Below are positions 1-11,866 of a stretch of DNA of 64,000 nt, piece by piece. Numbering within the stretch: position 1 is the first letter of the stretch; every line of letters begins with the position of its first letter. The notes beneath the pieces were generated by a model. It saw only the letters and a program-made list of their open reading frames with translations. It did not search any database and had not been told where the DNA came from. The DNA lies in contig JAMDHS010000032.1 of assembly GCA_029717555.1 (NCBI GenBank), positions 1 through 64,000 of the forward strand. The letters are read 5' to 3'. The DNA is from Peribolospora baueri (Eukaryota). Position numbers and translations under genes: made by a program.

Positions 1-627
1 CTCCCGTACCCCTTTAATCCCTTCCTGCTTCCTCTCCCCGTTCCGCCCTTCTCGCCTTCTACGCATTTCCCCGCACTTTCAGCTCGTTCGGCCCAACGCA
101 CGCTCCCTGTCCGACGCCTCGCCCATCCCTCGCTTGAGAAGAGAAGGCTTAACATGTCTTGTGGTTTACATTATTCCAGAAAGTCGTGTTCTTACACAGA
201 CTCGACCTGCGCCGCCCTCGCCGCCCTCGTGCACCGCTACGGCTACCGCTTAGCCAGTTCGCCGGTTCTCACATAGGTTCTCACATAGAACTCAGCCTGG
301 GCCTCCCTCACGCACCACTACTCAGCCAGTTCGCCGCGGTCGCTCCCACTATTTCTCCCGCACACGTACCCACATCGTCGTCATGTTCAATGCCTTCTTA
401 CCATCAATGCATTGCCCTGATCACCTTCAGAGGTCTTTTCTACCCTGCGGCTTGGACCCTCAAACCTTCTACTATCCGCCGCACTACCTCGGTCGGAAAC
501 CCATCTTTGGGATAAAATAAACCATATAGCGTCAACGGCGGCGCCAGCGGGCGGCCCGAACAACGAAGGTACACACCAGCAACGGCGAAGCGACAATGGT
601 CCGACTTCGTGTTTCACCCAACGGATC

Positions 628-1177
628 GCAACGGGTACCAATGGGTGCCCCTGCGCTCTGGAGGTCCACTGAAGCTCAGCCCTCCCGTAGGGAATGGGCG
701 CCTCTGGGTTCCGTCTGGAATGAGGACACTAGGGATGAAGATCATCGCTCCATCCAAACCTTATCGCCCTATCCAAGTAGAAGCAGGCCTCTTCCCCTCT
801 CCCCCCACCCCCGATGATCCGACCTAGGGTTTCTCAACAGGTCGCAACCGGTACCAATGGGTGCCCCTGAGCTCTGGACGTCCCATTGGAGCTCAGTGCT
901 CTTGTTGGGAAAGGGCGCCCCTTCCCTACAAGGGGGCTGAGCTCCAATGGGATCGCTCCTTCGAATCCCTTCCCCCGAGTAGAAGTGACGCAGACCATCC
1001 CCTCCCTCCAAGTAGTGGTGATGCAAAGACCGTTCGTCCCTCCCTCCAAATAGTAGAAGTGTACCGTCCCCCCTACCCCCGTTCCCCCTCTTTCCAGCGC
1101 CCTGCTGACGGTTTACAGACATGTGCTACCTAGCATTGGCATTGCTACACCTCGAGGTCCCATTGGAGCTCAGCTCT
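628..1177. repeat. Foldback/repeat element: dispersed copies of a motif containing TCCCATTGGAGCTCAG, a 72-nt hairpin and degenerate tandem units; probable non-autonomous transposon remnant
   Basis: 628-702 and 843-920 are similar copies (GCAAC.GGTACCAATGGGTGCCCCTG.GCTCTGGA.GTCC...GCTCAG). The core recurs inverted at 937-952 and direct at 1157-1172. No credible protein is encoded. Confidence 0.6.
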
Positions 1178-2513
1178 ACGCGGGTGGGTTCCCGCTCGGC
1201 TTAAGAAAGGGGCGCTGAAGGTAGACATAATAATATAACTCCGGTCCATGATCCTTCCTGTGCCTGAGCTTCTGCCTGCACCCCATACTCGGCTCGTCTC
1301 GGCCGCCATTTCGCATGCGCTTGCGACGGATGGACAGGTCGTCTGGCAAGCTCGGTCGTGGTCGGCTGAACGTTGGCGTCGTGCCGACGCGTCGCCCTCT
1401 CGAGCGCGACGGGCTCGATCGGAAAGAGGGAAGTGCGGAGGAGGGAGGAGGGAGGAGGAGAGAGCATTAAGGAAGGGCTTGGCTGGCCGAATCAATTCCT
1501 TGGCGCTGCATCTTGGCTGAGGATGGGCCGAGGAATGCGCCCGTCAAGTAGGACTCTCTCTCTCTCCCCCTTTGGCAGTAGGACCTCTTTCACCTGTCAC
1601 CTGTCCCCTAGGCAGCGTTCTCGACGAGGAACCAAGAAGGAGGAGTGCGAGCAAGTGGAATGATGAAAAGCCGTGAATTCGTCGACCTTCGCCGCCGCGA
1701 TGGTGTAGGGTGCGTGCAGCGAGAAGAGTCGGCGATCATTGTCGTCCAAGGTCGACGAGGTGACCGACGACGCTGACGTGGTTTCTGTCTGTCTGTTTCT
1801 TTCTGTCTTGTCTCCCTTCCCTTGGCTGGAAGCAAAGAAAGGGGCCGACGGCTACAGAGGAGGGGACCGGGGCGGGACCTGAAAGAAATTCGCGGAATGG
1901 AAGGCGCGGTTTGATTGATTAATTACTGCCGTTGAGGGCGTTGCCGCAGCGGGGATTTCCAGTCTAGAAGTCCGTTCGGATTATGATCTAATCGAAAGTA
2001 ATAGGGGACTATCTGTCTATAATAGTCACCCCACGTCGTCCCGTGCGTGTCGTATATCATATCACGGGATATGGAACTAGCGTCGCGCCCTTGACTGACG
2101 CGCTACGAATGGGGGCGAAACGGGAAAAGCGCATCGCATCGCATCGTATGGTATGGATGGGATAATGGACGGTGTTGTGTCGATCGACGGTGCGACGCAA
2201 CGCAGACAGCGCCGGCGACGATCACGGTCGCGGTCGCAGTCAGCGGTTACGCTCACCGCCGAGGGAAGCTTGCTCGCTGTCGGTCGCGCCCGTCTGCCAA
2301 GCCCGAGCCAAGAAAGAAGTGCTGCTGGCGAAGGAAGGAAGGAAAGAAGGAGGGACGTAGTTAGTAGCCATGGATCTCTCTCCATCGCTGCTTCCAGCGC
2401 TTGCGCTCCTTGGAGCCACACCATCCATCCATAGCCCTCCTCCGTCTTTCCCTCTTTCCCTTTCTTTTTCTCACTCGCACCCAACGCCCGACGCCAACGC
2501 CACTTGCACTACC

Positions 2514-2514
2514 C

Positions 2515-2546
<32 letters not shown>
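2514..2546. repeat. (CAGA)n microsatellite, about 8 units
   Basis: Read directly from the sequence. Confidence 0.9.
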
Positions 2547-2924
2547 GAGATCGACGCACTCGCACTCGGTCGTGTCGCCTTCCCTGACCCTCCCTAGGCA
2601 CCCTTCACTTCCCCCTCCAGCCACGCCCAGCCCCTCCAGCCTCGTCGCCTCCTTTCTCTCTTCCACCGCCATCGCCATCGCCATCGCCATCATCCATTCC
2701 TTCCTTTCGCTAATTCGCCCGCGCACTTGCCGCTGCCACACCTCGTTCTCCCACCTCACATTCGTTCTCCCACCTCACATTCCTTACTCCCTTCTTCCGG
2801 CCCACATCTCCCCTCCTCTCACTCCTTTTGCCGCTTCGACAGTCCTCTCCTCTACCGGCACTCCTTCCTTCCTTTTCCTTCCCTTGACCATCCTTCTCTA
2901 GTCTCCACCCACACCACCGTCGAT

Positions 2925-4458
2925 ATGGTTCGTCTCGCCCCTACCCTCGCCGTTTCCCTCGCACTCGTCCCCGTCCTCGCCGCCGCCCACGACGTGAAGC
3001 CTTTGCACAAGCGCGGCGCCGCCCTCAGGGCCCGGCAGCACGCCTCGTCCGCCTCGTCCAGCGGCAGCGGCCGTCACACCGCCGTCTCGGCCGCCGCCAC
3101 GTCCGCCGTGGCCTCGTCGGCGGCCGTCAGCGGCGCCGCTGCTGCCCCTACGACCAGCGGCCCCCCCGTCAATTTGAACCCCTCCGAGTCGGCGGCCGTC
3201 GCTACCATCTCCAGTGGCACTTACTCCCAGGCCACCACCACCCTGGCCACCACTTATACCGCCGGCGCTACGCCGCCCGTGTCCGGCGCTCCGCCCTTGC
3301 CGACCGGCGTCATCAACCCAGCTAACTACCCCCCCTTGGACAAGGTTCCTCCCGTCGACTCGGACGTCGTCCAGCAATGGCTCAAGAAGATCGACATGTC
3401 CAAGATCCCCAACCTGTCCCAGACCGTCGACGGCTCGTGCGCCTCCGACCCGGCCTTGGTTGCGGACCAGTCGAGGTGCTGGTGGACTTGCGGCGGCTGC
3501 ACCGCCAAGACGGACATTGTCGCTTGCCCCGACAAGAACCACTGGGGTCTCAGCTACGACGACGGCCCGTCTCCTTACACCCCCTCTCTCATCCGTTACC
3601 TCGAGCAGCACGACCTCAAGTCGACCTTTTTCATTGTCGGCTCGCGCGCCATCTCCCGTCCTGACATGCTCCAGTACGAGTACATGACCGGCCACCAGCT
3701 CTCCGTCCACACCTGGTCCCACCCCCCGCTCACCACGCTCACCAACGAGCAGATCGTCGCCGAGCTGGCCTGGACGATGAAGGCGCTGAAGGACCTCACC
3801 GGCGTCACGCCCAACACCATGCGTCCTCCTTACGGCGACATCGACAACCGCGTCCGCGCCATCTGCATGGCCATGGGCCTCACCCCGGTCATCTGGACCT
3901 CGGCCCCCGGCGGAAAGACGTTCGACACCCAGGACTGGCAGGTTCAGTCGGGTCTGGTCAGCGCGTCGACGGTGGTCTCCAACTTTGACGCCATCATGAC
4001 CAACGCCTCCAACATCAACACTGGCTTTATTGTTCTTGAGCACGACCTTTACCAGCAGTCCGTCGACCTCGCCGTCTCTGTCATCCTTCCCAACGCCCTC
4101 AGCCGCACGCCCAAGCTCACCATCCAGAGCGTCATCGATTGCATGGGCCAGCCTCTGTCGAACGCTTACGTGAGTACCGTCGAATGCGAGCCCTTCTTCC
4201 GTTTCCGCTGGTCCAACGTCGAACTCATTTTTCCTCCTTTTCTTTCTCATTGTCTCACCCCGCCCGACGAAACAGATCGAAACGAACTCGAACACGACCA
4301 ACTCTTCCCCGTCCTCGGTTGGCAACACCGGCTCGTCGTCGTCGGGGAAGAACGGCGCAGCGGCCACGGCCGCTGGCCTTGATGGCCATGGCGTCCGGAG
4401 CACGCTTGGCGCCGCTGCTGTGGCCGTCGTTGCCGGGGCTGTTGCCGCCGCGCTGTGA
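2925..4458 (+). CDS. Secreted, probably GPI-anchored chitin deacetylase (CE4/NodB), 2 exons
   Basis: Signal peptide MVRLAPTLAVSLALVPVLAAA, Ser/Thr/Ala-rich linker, and CE4 motifs SYDDGP, HTWSHP, RPPYG, LEHD. Intron 4170-4275 (gtgagt..aacag). Exon 2 ends in a hydrophobic GPI-type tail AAAVAVVAGAVAAAL*. Confidence 0.93.
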
Positions 4459-5899
4459 GAGAGAGAGGAGGGGATGAGGGATGAGGGGTGATGAGTTGGT
4501 GGAGCTGGCCGAGTTGCGTCGAGCAGAATGGAGTGGAGTGTGGCGCGGCGCGGCGCAGGGGCGGTCCCTGCTTCGATGTCGAGATCCGACATGGGGATGC
4601 CGGAGGAGATGCGGGGACGGTGGAGGAGGTGGTAGCTGCCTCCGCACGTGCATGCATACAAAGGCGTACTTGGATGATGGATGGGGGAAGGACGGACGGA
4701 AGGGGTCGTTTTCGCGTCTGGTATACGCTGTATGCCTTCTTATTTGTTTTTTCTTTCTCTATTTTCTTCTTTCGAGGGAAGGTGTAGATTGGCTTCCCTG
4801 ATAACGCTTCATCCACATGCTGAAAGGCGGCCCTGTCCTTGTCGCGCGCGCGGGGCGTTGCGGAAATGCCCCAAAGGCCGGTTTTTTGTCTTTCTTTTTT
4901 CTTAATTCGTCATACAGCATGTAGAGGTGGATGGATAGACTTTTTTTTTTTACAGTCCGGCTCGGACAAGGCCAGCCTCGTTGTTTAAGGACCTTTCTTT
5001 CCCCTTAACCCATTTTTGAATCCTTCCTGCCAACACCGAGTTGACTCGCCGTTGGGCACGCGCGGACGATGTCGCTGATGACGTTTACCAGCCAGCCAGG
5101 CTGGGTTAGTGGGCGGGCGAAGACGGTCACGCCAGCTCGCGAGGTTCGCTCGCTGCTCAGAGCGACATGGGTGCCGTCGTGCCGTGGGCGTGAGCGTGAG
5201 CCTAAGTCCGGGCAGAGAAGGAGAGAAGGAGGGGAACCCGTCCTCGGTGGGGGTTTCGAATCTCTACACAAGATGAAATGACAGCTCTCTCTCTCTCTCT
5301 CTCTCTGTGTTGGCGTGGTGTGGCCGCAAACCATAGCTGGCTGCCGACGGTGAGGCAGGTCCGATGGAGATCGATATCTGATAAGATGGTCCGCCTCTTT
5401 TGTTCGACCCGACCGCGCGTTCCGTATCGTATCGAGTCGTCCGTCCGACGTCTTCTTCTCCCACCACCGTAGTCCAAAAAATTGCTTGCCCCCCCCAACG
5501 AGATGGGTCAGTTAAGGACGATATCGTGCTCAGCTGGCTGACTGGCTAGCCTGACCGAGCCGACCCGACAAGTACCTCGAGAGCGACGACGCCTCGCCCG
5601 ATGATCGCAAGCAGCGATGGTCCCTCGGTCTGTCGTGGGTTTTGAAGCCCCCTTCGACCTTGCATTCTTTTCGACGATGAGCCACCCACCCACCCGTCGA
5701 GAGCTGCGCCTCCACGGACTGCGGAATGCCCCGGAAGGAGGGCGGCCATACGCCGTCCGACGTCCCCGACCAGAGCTTTCTTTATGGACGGCTTAGCCTC
5801 CACCTTTGCCCCGCCAGCACATTCCTCGTCTTCTTCGCCGCGAGGAGCTAGCTAGCTGACCTACGCAACGCGTCCGTGTGGCCTCTGCGCCTTCGCAGT

Positions 5900-6667
5900 C
5901 CGTTTCACAGCTCTTCTCTTACCCGGAGCAGGCGGCGGCGACGGCGCGCTGGTCGTGTCTGCCTTTCACTTGTATAGGCCGCCCACGAAATCTCGCCCGA
6001 GACCTACGTCGCCCTTTCCGGTCTCTCTCTCGTCACGTCGCTGTCTACTACGGCGACGGCTTCTTCCTCTTTGCCTTCCTCCACGCCGCCGAGCGTCGTG
6101 AAGAAGATGGGAGCATGTCGGCGGAGTACCTACCTGTGATTCTTGAGTAACAAGGTTGAGGAGAAGCGGAAAGGCACGGAAGAAAGAAACAAAGGCGTGA
6201 AGTGGGTGGAGGATCAAAAACGCGAAATCTCAAGAGGGACATCTCGAAAAAGCCAAGCGTCTCGCTCGCCCTTACGCGATCTCGTCCAGCAGACTGGCGG
6301 CGTCGGCGACGGCCACACCGTGCACCCCATCTTCCTCAACGAGATGAGGCTCCACGCCATCCTTCGAGGCCGGGCGACGCTGCTCGGTGACGCTGCCCAC
6401 GCCATGTCCATTTTCGACGGCGTCGAATCACGCCATGCTGTACGGGTTTCCAGCTTGCCGCCGTCCTCGGAGGGACGCATCATCTCCATTTTTTCGACCC
6501 CGCTCGCTCTGCACAAGCCGTACGGCGAATGGCTGGCGAAGGACGCAGCTGCGATCTATGGGCGCCGCAAAAGGCCGCTACGTTCCGGATATGAAGGTAG
6601 ATTGAGGTACGAGCGTTTGGGAAGGGACGGACGGAGGCGCCAGTGCATAACGGCTTTATGTACTTGA
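5900..6667 (+). pseudogene. Degenerate FAD-dependent monooxygenase (group A) relic
   Basis: RATLLGDAAHAMSIFDG in one frame; the expected continuation (ASNHAMLY) lies in another frame near 6420, indicating a frameshift. No N-terminal GxGxxG found. Bounds approximate. Confidence 0.6.
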
Positions 6668-7024
6668 GGAAGGGAAGACTCCAGCTTCACCCATCTTGAC
6701 ATCGTCCCCGTCAGAGACAAGTTAATCGAATCGCCCGTCACTCGCCTTGATTGGCTGCGGCGGATCTCGTCCCAGTGCGTTGGACCTGCTTGTGCGACTC
6801 GACTCGTCACGTCCGTACACGTCCTCATCTTTGATTTACACCTACCATTCATCCCTGCAGCCGCCCCCATATCACCACGGCTGGCATGCCACATGTTGTA
6901 GACGGTCTTATAGCTTGGCGCTCCGCCAAGGACGCAGCGCTTCTCTTCTCTGGCGGACGGACATGGAGTACGGCACCCCCATGGCGAGCGGCCCGCGCCG
7001 CCGCTTTGAGACAAGGACAGCGCA

Positions 7025-8962
7025 GATGGCTCAGGGACGGTGAGTCGGTCGCTCCGTCACTCGGCCTTCTAAGATGTTTGCGCACGTCATATCCGCCCGC
7101 CGGATCTGTCGTCATGTAGGCGAGCGGAGCTACTCCTTCGCAACATCGGCGACCGGAATACGCGCGCAGAGCTGAACGAGATCCGCTCGCTTGCCTTCAT
7201 TTGCAGAGGCGCCGAGCAGAGACCCGCCTCCAGTAGCCTTTGCATTTGATATTGTGAGCCGCCAGAAACGTGAATTCGAGCATTCCCGCTGACCGGCAGA
7301 CTTGCTGACCCGGTCGATCAATCGTCCTCCCTTCGACCCGCAGGACGGCGTGCTCAAACGTGGACCCCTCACCCTCCCGCAGGCGAAGAGAGCCCTGAGG
7401 ATCCTGGAGGGCAAGAATCCGCGCGGTGCGAAAGTACCTTACATTTTCATCACCAATGGCGGAGGGGTAACGGAGGAAAAGAGGGCTAGAGCGTTGAGCG
7501 AGGACTTCGAGATCGCCGTGAGTCGTTCGTGTCTCGTTGTCTCTTGCACCGCGTCGGACCGACATCTGCCCAGGATCTGAAGTAGCGGACTTGGACTCGT
7601 CGCTTTGGCCCTCCCAGGTGTCCCCGAAACAAATTGTCCAATCCCACACCGTCTTCAAGTCCCTCCTCCCCCGTTTCCAGGATGAGAGCGTGCTGGTCGT
7701 CGGTGGCGCGGAGGACGGATCATGTAGAGAGGTCGCGGAAAAGTGGGCTTTGCATATCCTGTGGACGCCTTTGCTGAGGGGAACTCCGTTTTCAGTTCTT
7801 CACAATCTCACATTTCGTTTTCGCTTATTTCGCAGCTACGGTTTCAAGCGAGTTTATACCCCTCATGACATCCTAGCCTGGGACCCGAACTCCTGGCCAT
7901 TCTCCTCCCTTTCCGAAGCACAGCTTTCAAAAGTCCGTCGGGCTGATTTTGCCGAGGTCGCCTTCAAAGCCATCTTTGTCTTTCATGACAGCCGCGATTG
8001 GGGCAGAGATGTCCAGGTGAGTACCCCGCATTGCACGTCAGGAAGCATTCATTTTCGCCTCAGTTTTGCCATGCCAGTCTAACCTGCTCTCAAACCACCT
8101 GCGCTTTCTGTGCTGTCTCACCCAGTACATCACAGACATCCTTCGGGCCAAGGATGGAGCTCTTGGAACTCTTATGCGCGATAAGGTCATACGGAGCACA
8201 GAGCAACTTCCGGTTTACTTCTCCAACCCAGACCTCGTCTGGGGGACCAACTTTCCTGTGCCTCGTTTGGGACAGAATGCTTTCAGGCTTGCGGTGGAGA
8301 ACGTCTATAAGGTAGGCTATGCTACCTTCTGAAATTACGACCTTGAATCGACCAACTTCCCAGAAGCTGTGCGTTGCGGTGATGGCTGACTCGCTCTGGT
8401 CCTTCTTTCTTGACAGGCTCTTACGACCCGAGAGCTCTCCGCGACGACCTTCGGCAAACCCGGAAAGATCACCTACGACTATGCTCAGGCGCTACTAGAG
8501 CAATTGCTCTGTGAGATAGATCCCAGCTTGGAAGGACCGTTGAAGGAAACGGTAGAAGTGAAGGGCCAGAAGCGACGCAAGTTGGAGCCAAGAGTTTGGA
8601 TGATCGGAGACAATCCGGAGAGCGGTGAGCGGGTCGAGTAGTGCATGCACCGGCTGTGGTTTCCCACTGACAGACTCCATCGGTAACACCCTGTTCTCGC
8701 TTGTTGTCTTCCTTAGATATCGCGGGTGAGTAAATTGACAGACTGCAAAGGGCCAAAGGGCGCTCCAGCTCAGATTCCCTTGAACACGACCTTCTCGACC
8801 GCAGGCGCCAACGGCCGTGGCTGGCCTTCCGTGCTTGTCCACACTGGAGTATACGATCCCTTTTCTGGACTCTCTCCGGCACACCGTCCCACTATGGAAG
8901 CTGAGGACGTTGAGGATGCCGTCAAGAGAGTCCTTTTGGTGGAATGGGGCATGGAGCTCTAG
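7025..8962 (+). CDS. HAD-superfamily IIA hydrolase, CECR5/HDHD5 (YKR070W)-like, multi-exon
   Basis: Spliced motifs FAFDI|DGVL, PYIFITNGGG, QIVQSHT, FHDSRDWGRD, SNPDLVW..PRLGQNAF, TFGKP, MIGDNPES|DIA|GAN..WPSVLVHTG. Start codon uncertain. Confidence 0.88.
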
Positions 8963-9479
8963 ACCGACCTAACCGTTTCCATCCGTCGCTCTCATCACAT
9001 AGATCGTTGACCTTAGTCCCTCTACACCGGTATTCGTTACGCGACACTAAAGCGAGATGTGGGAAGGTTGGTCCTGTAAAAGAGAGAAGGAGCAGTTCTC
9101 GTGAGCTGGGCTCGAACAGGGTCACCAGGGGCTAAAATGAGTGGCGCTAACCAAGCCCTCGTTTTCCACTAGTGCAACACCGGTTACGTACCGAGGCATT
9201 TAAAGTGACATGGACGCGAGTGGCAGAGATGGCTTCTGTCGCGGTCGCTCTGGTCAGAATACAAGGTCGACCAGTCGATCGAACATATGCGTCCAGTGCA
9301 GGCCATGAGGGACAGTCGGAGCTGACGCTGGCCCTATCGAGGGGTTCTGTGGCTTCCTTTTTTCGACCTCTTAAGGGGCACCACCTTTTCGTGCCTACGT
9401 TACAACACAACATGTGATGGAAGATATGAGCGCCGTTGGCGGTAGACTTTGCAATTCTTTCTCCTCAACAGAGGGCCTT

Positions 9480-11350
9480 CTACTCTGCCTCGTCGTCGAA
9501 CAGGGTAGATACATCCGCAGGGGCGTCGGCAGCTTGCGAGGCCGACTTATATGGCAGCGCCTCACCTTCGCCAGGTGAAGCAGCCTCGGCGGGACCGGTG
9601 ACCGCGCTGAACATCTCATCGTCCCCCTCGTCTCCGTCCGACTCCACCCATCTCCGCGCTCCCGTGACTCTCCTCGAGCACTTGAGACACTCCCAGCCCG
9701 CCCCTGGCTCAGCTCGACCGCTGCGCTCGTCCTCCTCATCCAAAGGACCTTCATACTCTTCCGCCTCCTCAGAGAGCAACTTCTCCGAAATACAGTAGTA
9801 GCAATAGAGATGGCCGCAAGGCCGAGCCGCGTAGGCGTTCTGAACCATCCAGCGTGAGTCGATGTTGTCGTTTGGAGCCACGCTGTCAGCTTGGTCCGCC
9901 GCTTTCCGCAATAGTGCTGAAGAGGAATTGGTTGCTTGGCTCGGCGGGGTCGTATGCATGGAGTGGGAGGTGGAAGGGAACACCGGCTCGGTCGGGTCGC
10001 CGTATGGAAAGTCGAAATTGAAGGAGGGCATTGCGGGACCGTCCTGAACCGCTTCTGGGTTGACTTGGCGATAGCAAATAGCGCAAGCTCGCTCGGGTAG
10101 GTGCCACAGCGGTCCTCTTTTCTCGCTCAGCGCCGAGGTAGATTCTTCCTTGGCTTTCCCCTTTGCTCCTGACTTGTCCTTGTCCTCGGTGATACCAAGT
10201 CGAGACGACACCGACGCTGGTAGAACGGCGGCTGATAATCTCGACACCTTCGAGTAGAGCGCGCTGCGTTGTCGATAAAGCCTTCGTAGAGCTCGACGGG
10301 TGTTGATGATGGGAAGAAGAAAGAGAAGGAATTCCTATTCGAACGATCATCGGTGCAAAGACAGGACAGATCAGAGACTCTATTTTCATCGCGTCTATGA
10401 CGCCTGTCCAATCACTTACCGTGAAGGCGCCCCACACAAGCTGACGGTTGAGGAACTCGAAGGACACGCTCCTGGTCATTGCACGGCGAGCATAAACCAA
10501 CCGCAATCCGAGGATGCGGTCGACGAGGGAGCGATACCTGCAGCAGCGAATCGACGAGTCGCCGGAAAGGATGCGCACACAAACAAGAACACAATCAGCG
10601 ACAACCCTCATATGCAGTCCCATAGATCAAAGTGCTTACCGGCCGTTAGACAGGAAAACCAAGGTATTCAGCAAAGTCGCCGCAGCCCAGAACTCCTCCG
10701 CCCTCCTCACGATCTCCCACAATTTCCTCCTCCCGTCTCCGGGAGGCATTTCAGAATAGGAAAAACGAGAGAAGTGCGCGGAAAATCGGCCGTGAAGGTA
10801 GGGCAGGAGAATGGCAAGAATAGGGTAGAGCGACACTTGTAAGGTGGAAGGTGGTGGGTGGTGACTGGGGTTGGCTGGAGAAGAGCGAGATGACGGCCAG
10901 AGAGGAGAACAAGCCGTTGGTCAACTAGCTCCTCCATCCTCTGATGTCCATGTCCCCCCAGCGTCCCTTGTTCGTCTGTGCAGACTCACAACGACTCCGG
11001 GCCATCTCATTGCTCCACCGCATATTCTGCAGCCCCTCCCCATAACTCCTTCCAGTCTGCCTCATCCCGAGCCACCAGAGCGCGACCTTGACCGCGAGCG
11101 CCATCTCGTCATTCCAAGCGTTCCTCCATGCCGGCTTCACCTCTCCAAGTGCCTTACGCAGAGGCTCGAGGAGGAGGGACTCGAGCTCCACATCCAGCAG
11201 GGTGGCATCGAGCTGCGAGACGCGCGAGACGACGGTCGCAGAGGCAGGGAAGGAGGGTAGCCGGGCGCGCACTAGGGAGAGCACGGGACGGACGCCAGTC
11301 GCCGCCGCTTCCCAGAAGCGTTCCAGCTGTGCGTCTCCCTCGTCGGCCAT
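9480..11350 (-). CDS. PEX2: Peroxin Pex2, peroxisomal RING E3 ligase, multi-exon
   Basis: RVSQLDATLLDVEL, SYGEGLQNMRW, GRYRSLVDRILGLRL..RSVSFEFLNRQLVWGAFT and a split RING CAICY...PCGHLYCYYC...WECLKC. Confidence 0.93.
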
Positions 11351-11639
11351 GTCTGCTTGCCCTGTGTGAGGCGGGCGGCCTTGAAATGAAATGAACGGAC
11401 GTGGAGCAGGAAGGATGTGAACGGCGGGCGTCACTCGCATGTGAAGCAATGCGGAGGCGGAGGAAAGCGGCCCGAGCGGGCTGGATCACGTGCCGATCAT
11501 CCTTGGACGCCCGCCAAACGACCGTCTTGGACTGGAGCTCGAGCAGAACGGTCGTCGCAGTTTATCGTGCTCACGCTTCCGTGTGCCTCGACTTCTTCAG
11601 TGAGAATTGGCCCTTGAACGGGTGCCAGGCATCACGGTA

Positions 11640-11866
11640 GAATGGACGGATGCTCGCGTTGCAAAAAGACGGAGGGACGAAGCTCGGCGGGAGGGTACCA
11701 TCACGACCAAGCAAGACTTAGGGCTGGATGTGTCGGACCTCACGGACAGAACCAATACGGTTTGGGTCAATGGCTCCTCTACGTCCCCCCTCACCCATCC
11801 TTTTCACTGGAAAATTCATCCTACGTCACGTCGCTCTTACCAGCGCTTGATCCCTACCCGTTCTGA
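11640..11866 (+). pseudogene. Possible relic of the C-terminus of a Dal5/allantoate-permease-type MFS transporter
   Basis: AKRRRDE...SDLTDRTN, a putative intron 11760-11843, then a frameshifted RLI..YPF*. This resembles the family terminus NxxRD...DLTDxxNxxFxYxx*. No upstream transmembrane region recognisable. Confidence 0.4.

Noticed and set aside
628..1177. CRISPR-like reading of the repeated units
   Set aside because: Eukaryotic context, mixed orientations, irregular spacing and no cas genes.
1660..1778. ATGATGA...CTGA as a possible C/D snoRNA
   Set aside because: No terminal stem or recognisable rRNA-complementary guide.
2898..4661. 587-aa antisense ORF over the chitin deacetylase; similar ones at 29897-31324 and 39676-40776
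   Set aside because: Shadow ORFs expected from high GC3 codon bias; no recognisable domains.
9680..10085. Pex2 RING finger split by long insertions
   Set aside because: A known trait of fungal Pex2 proteins.
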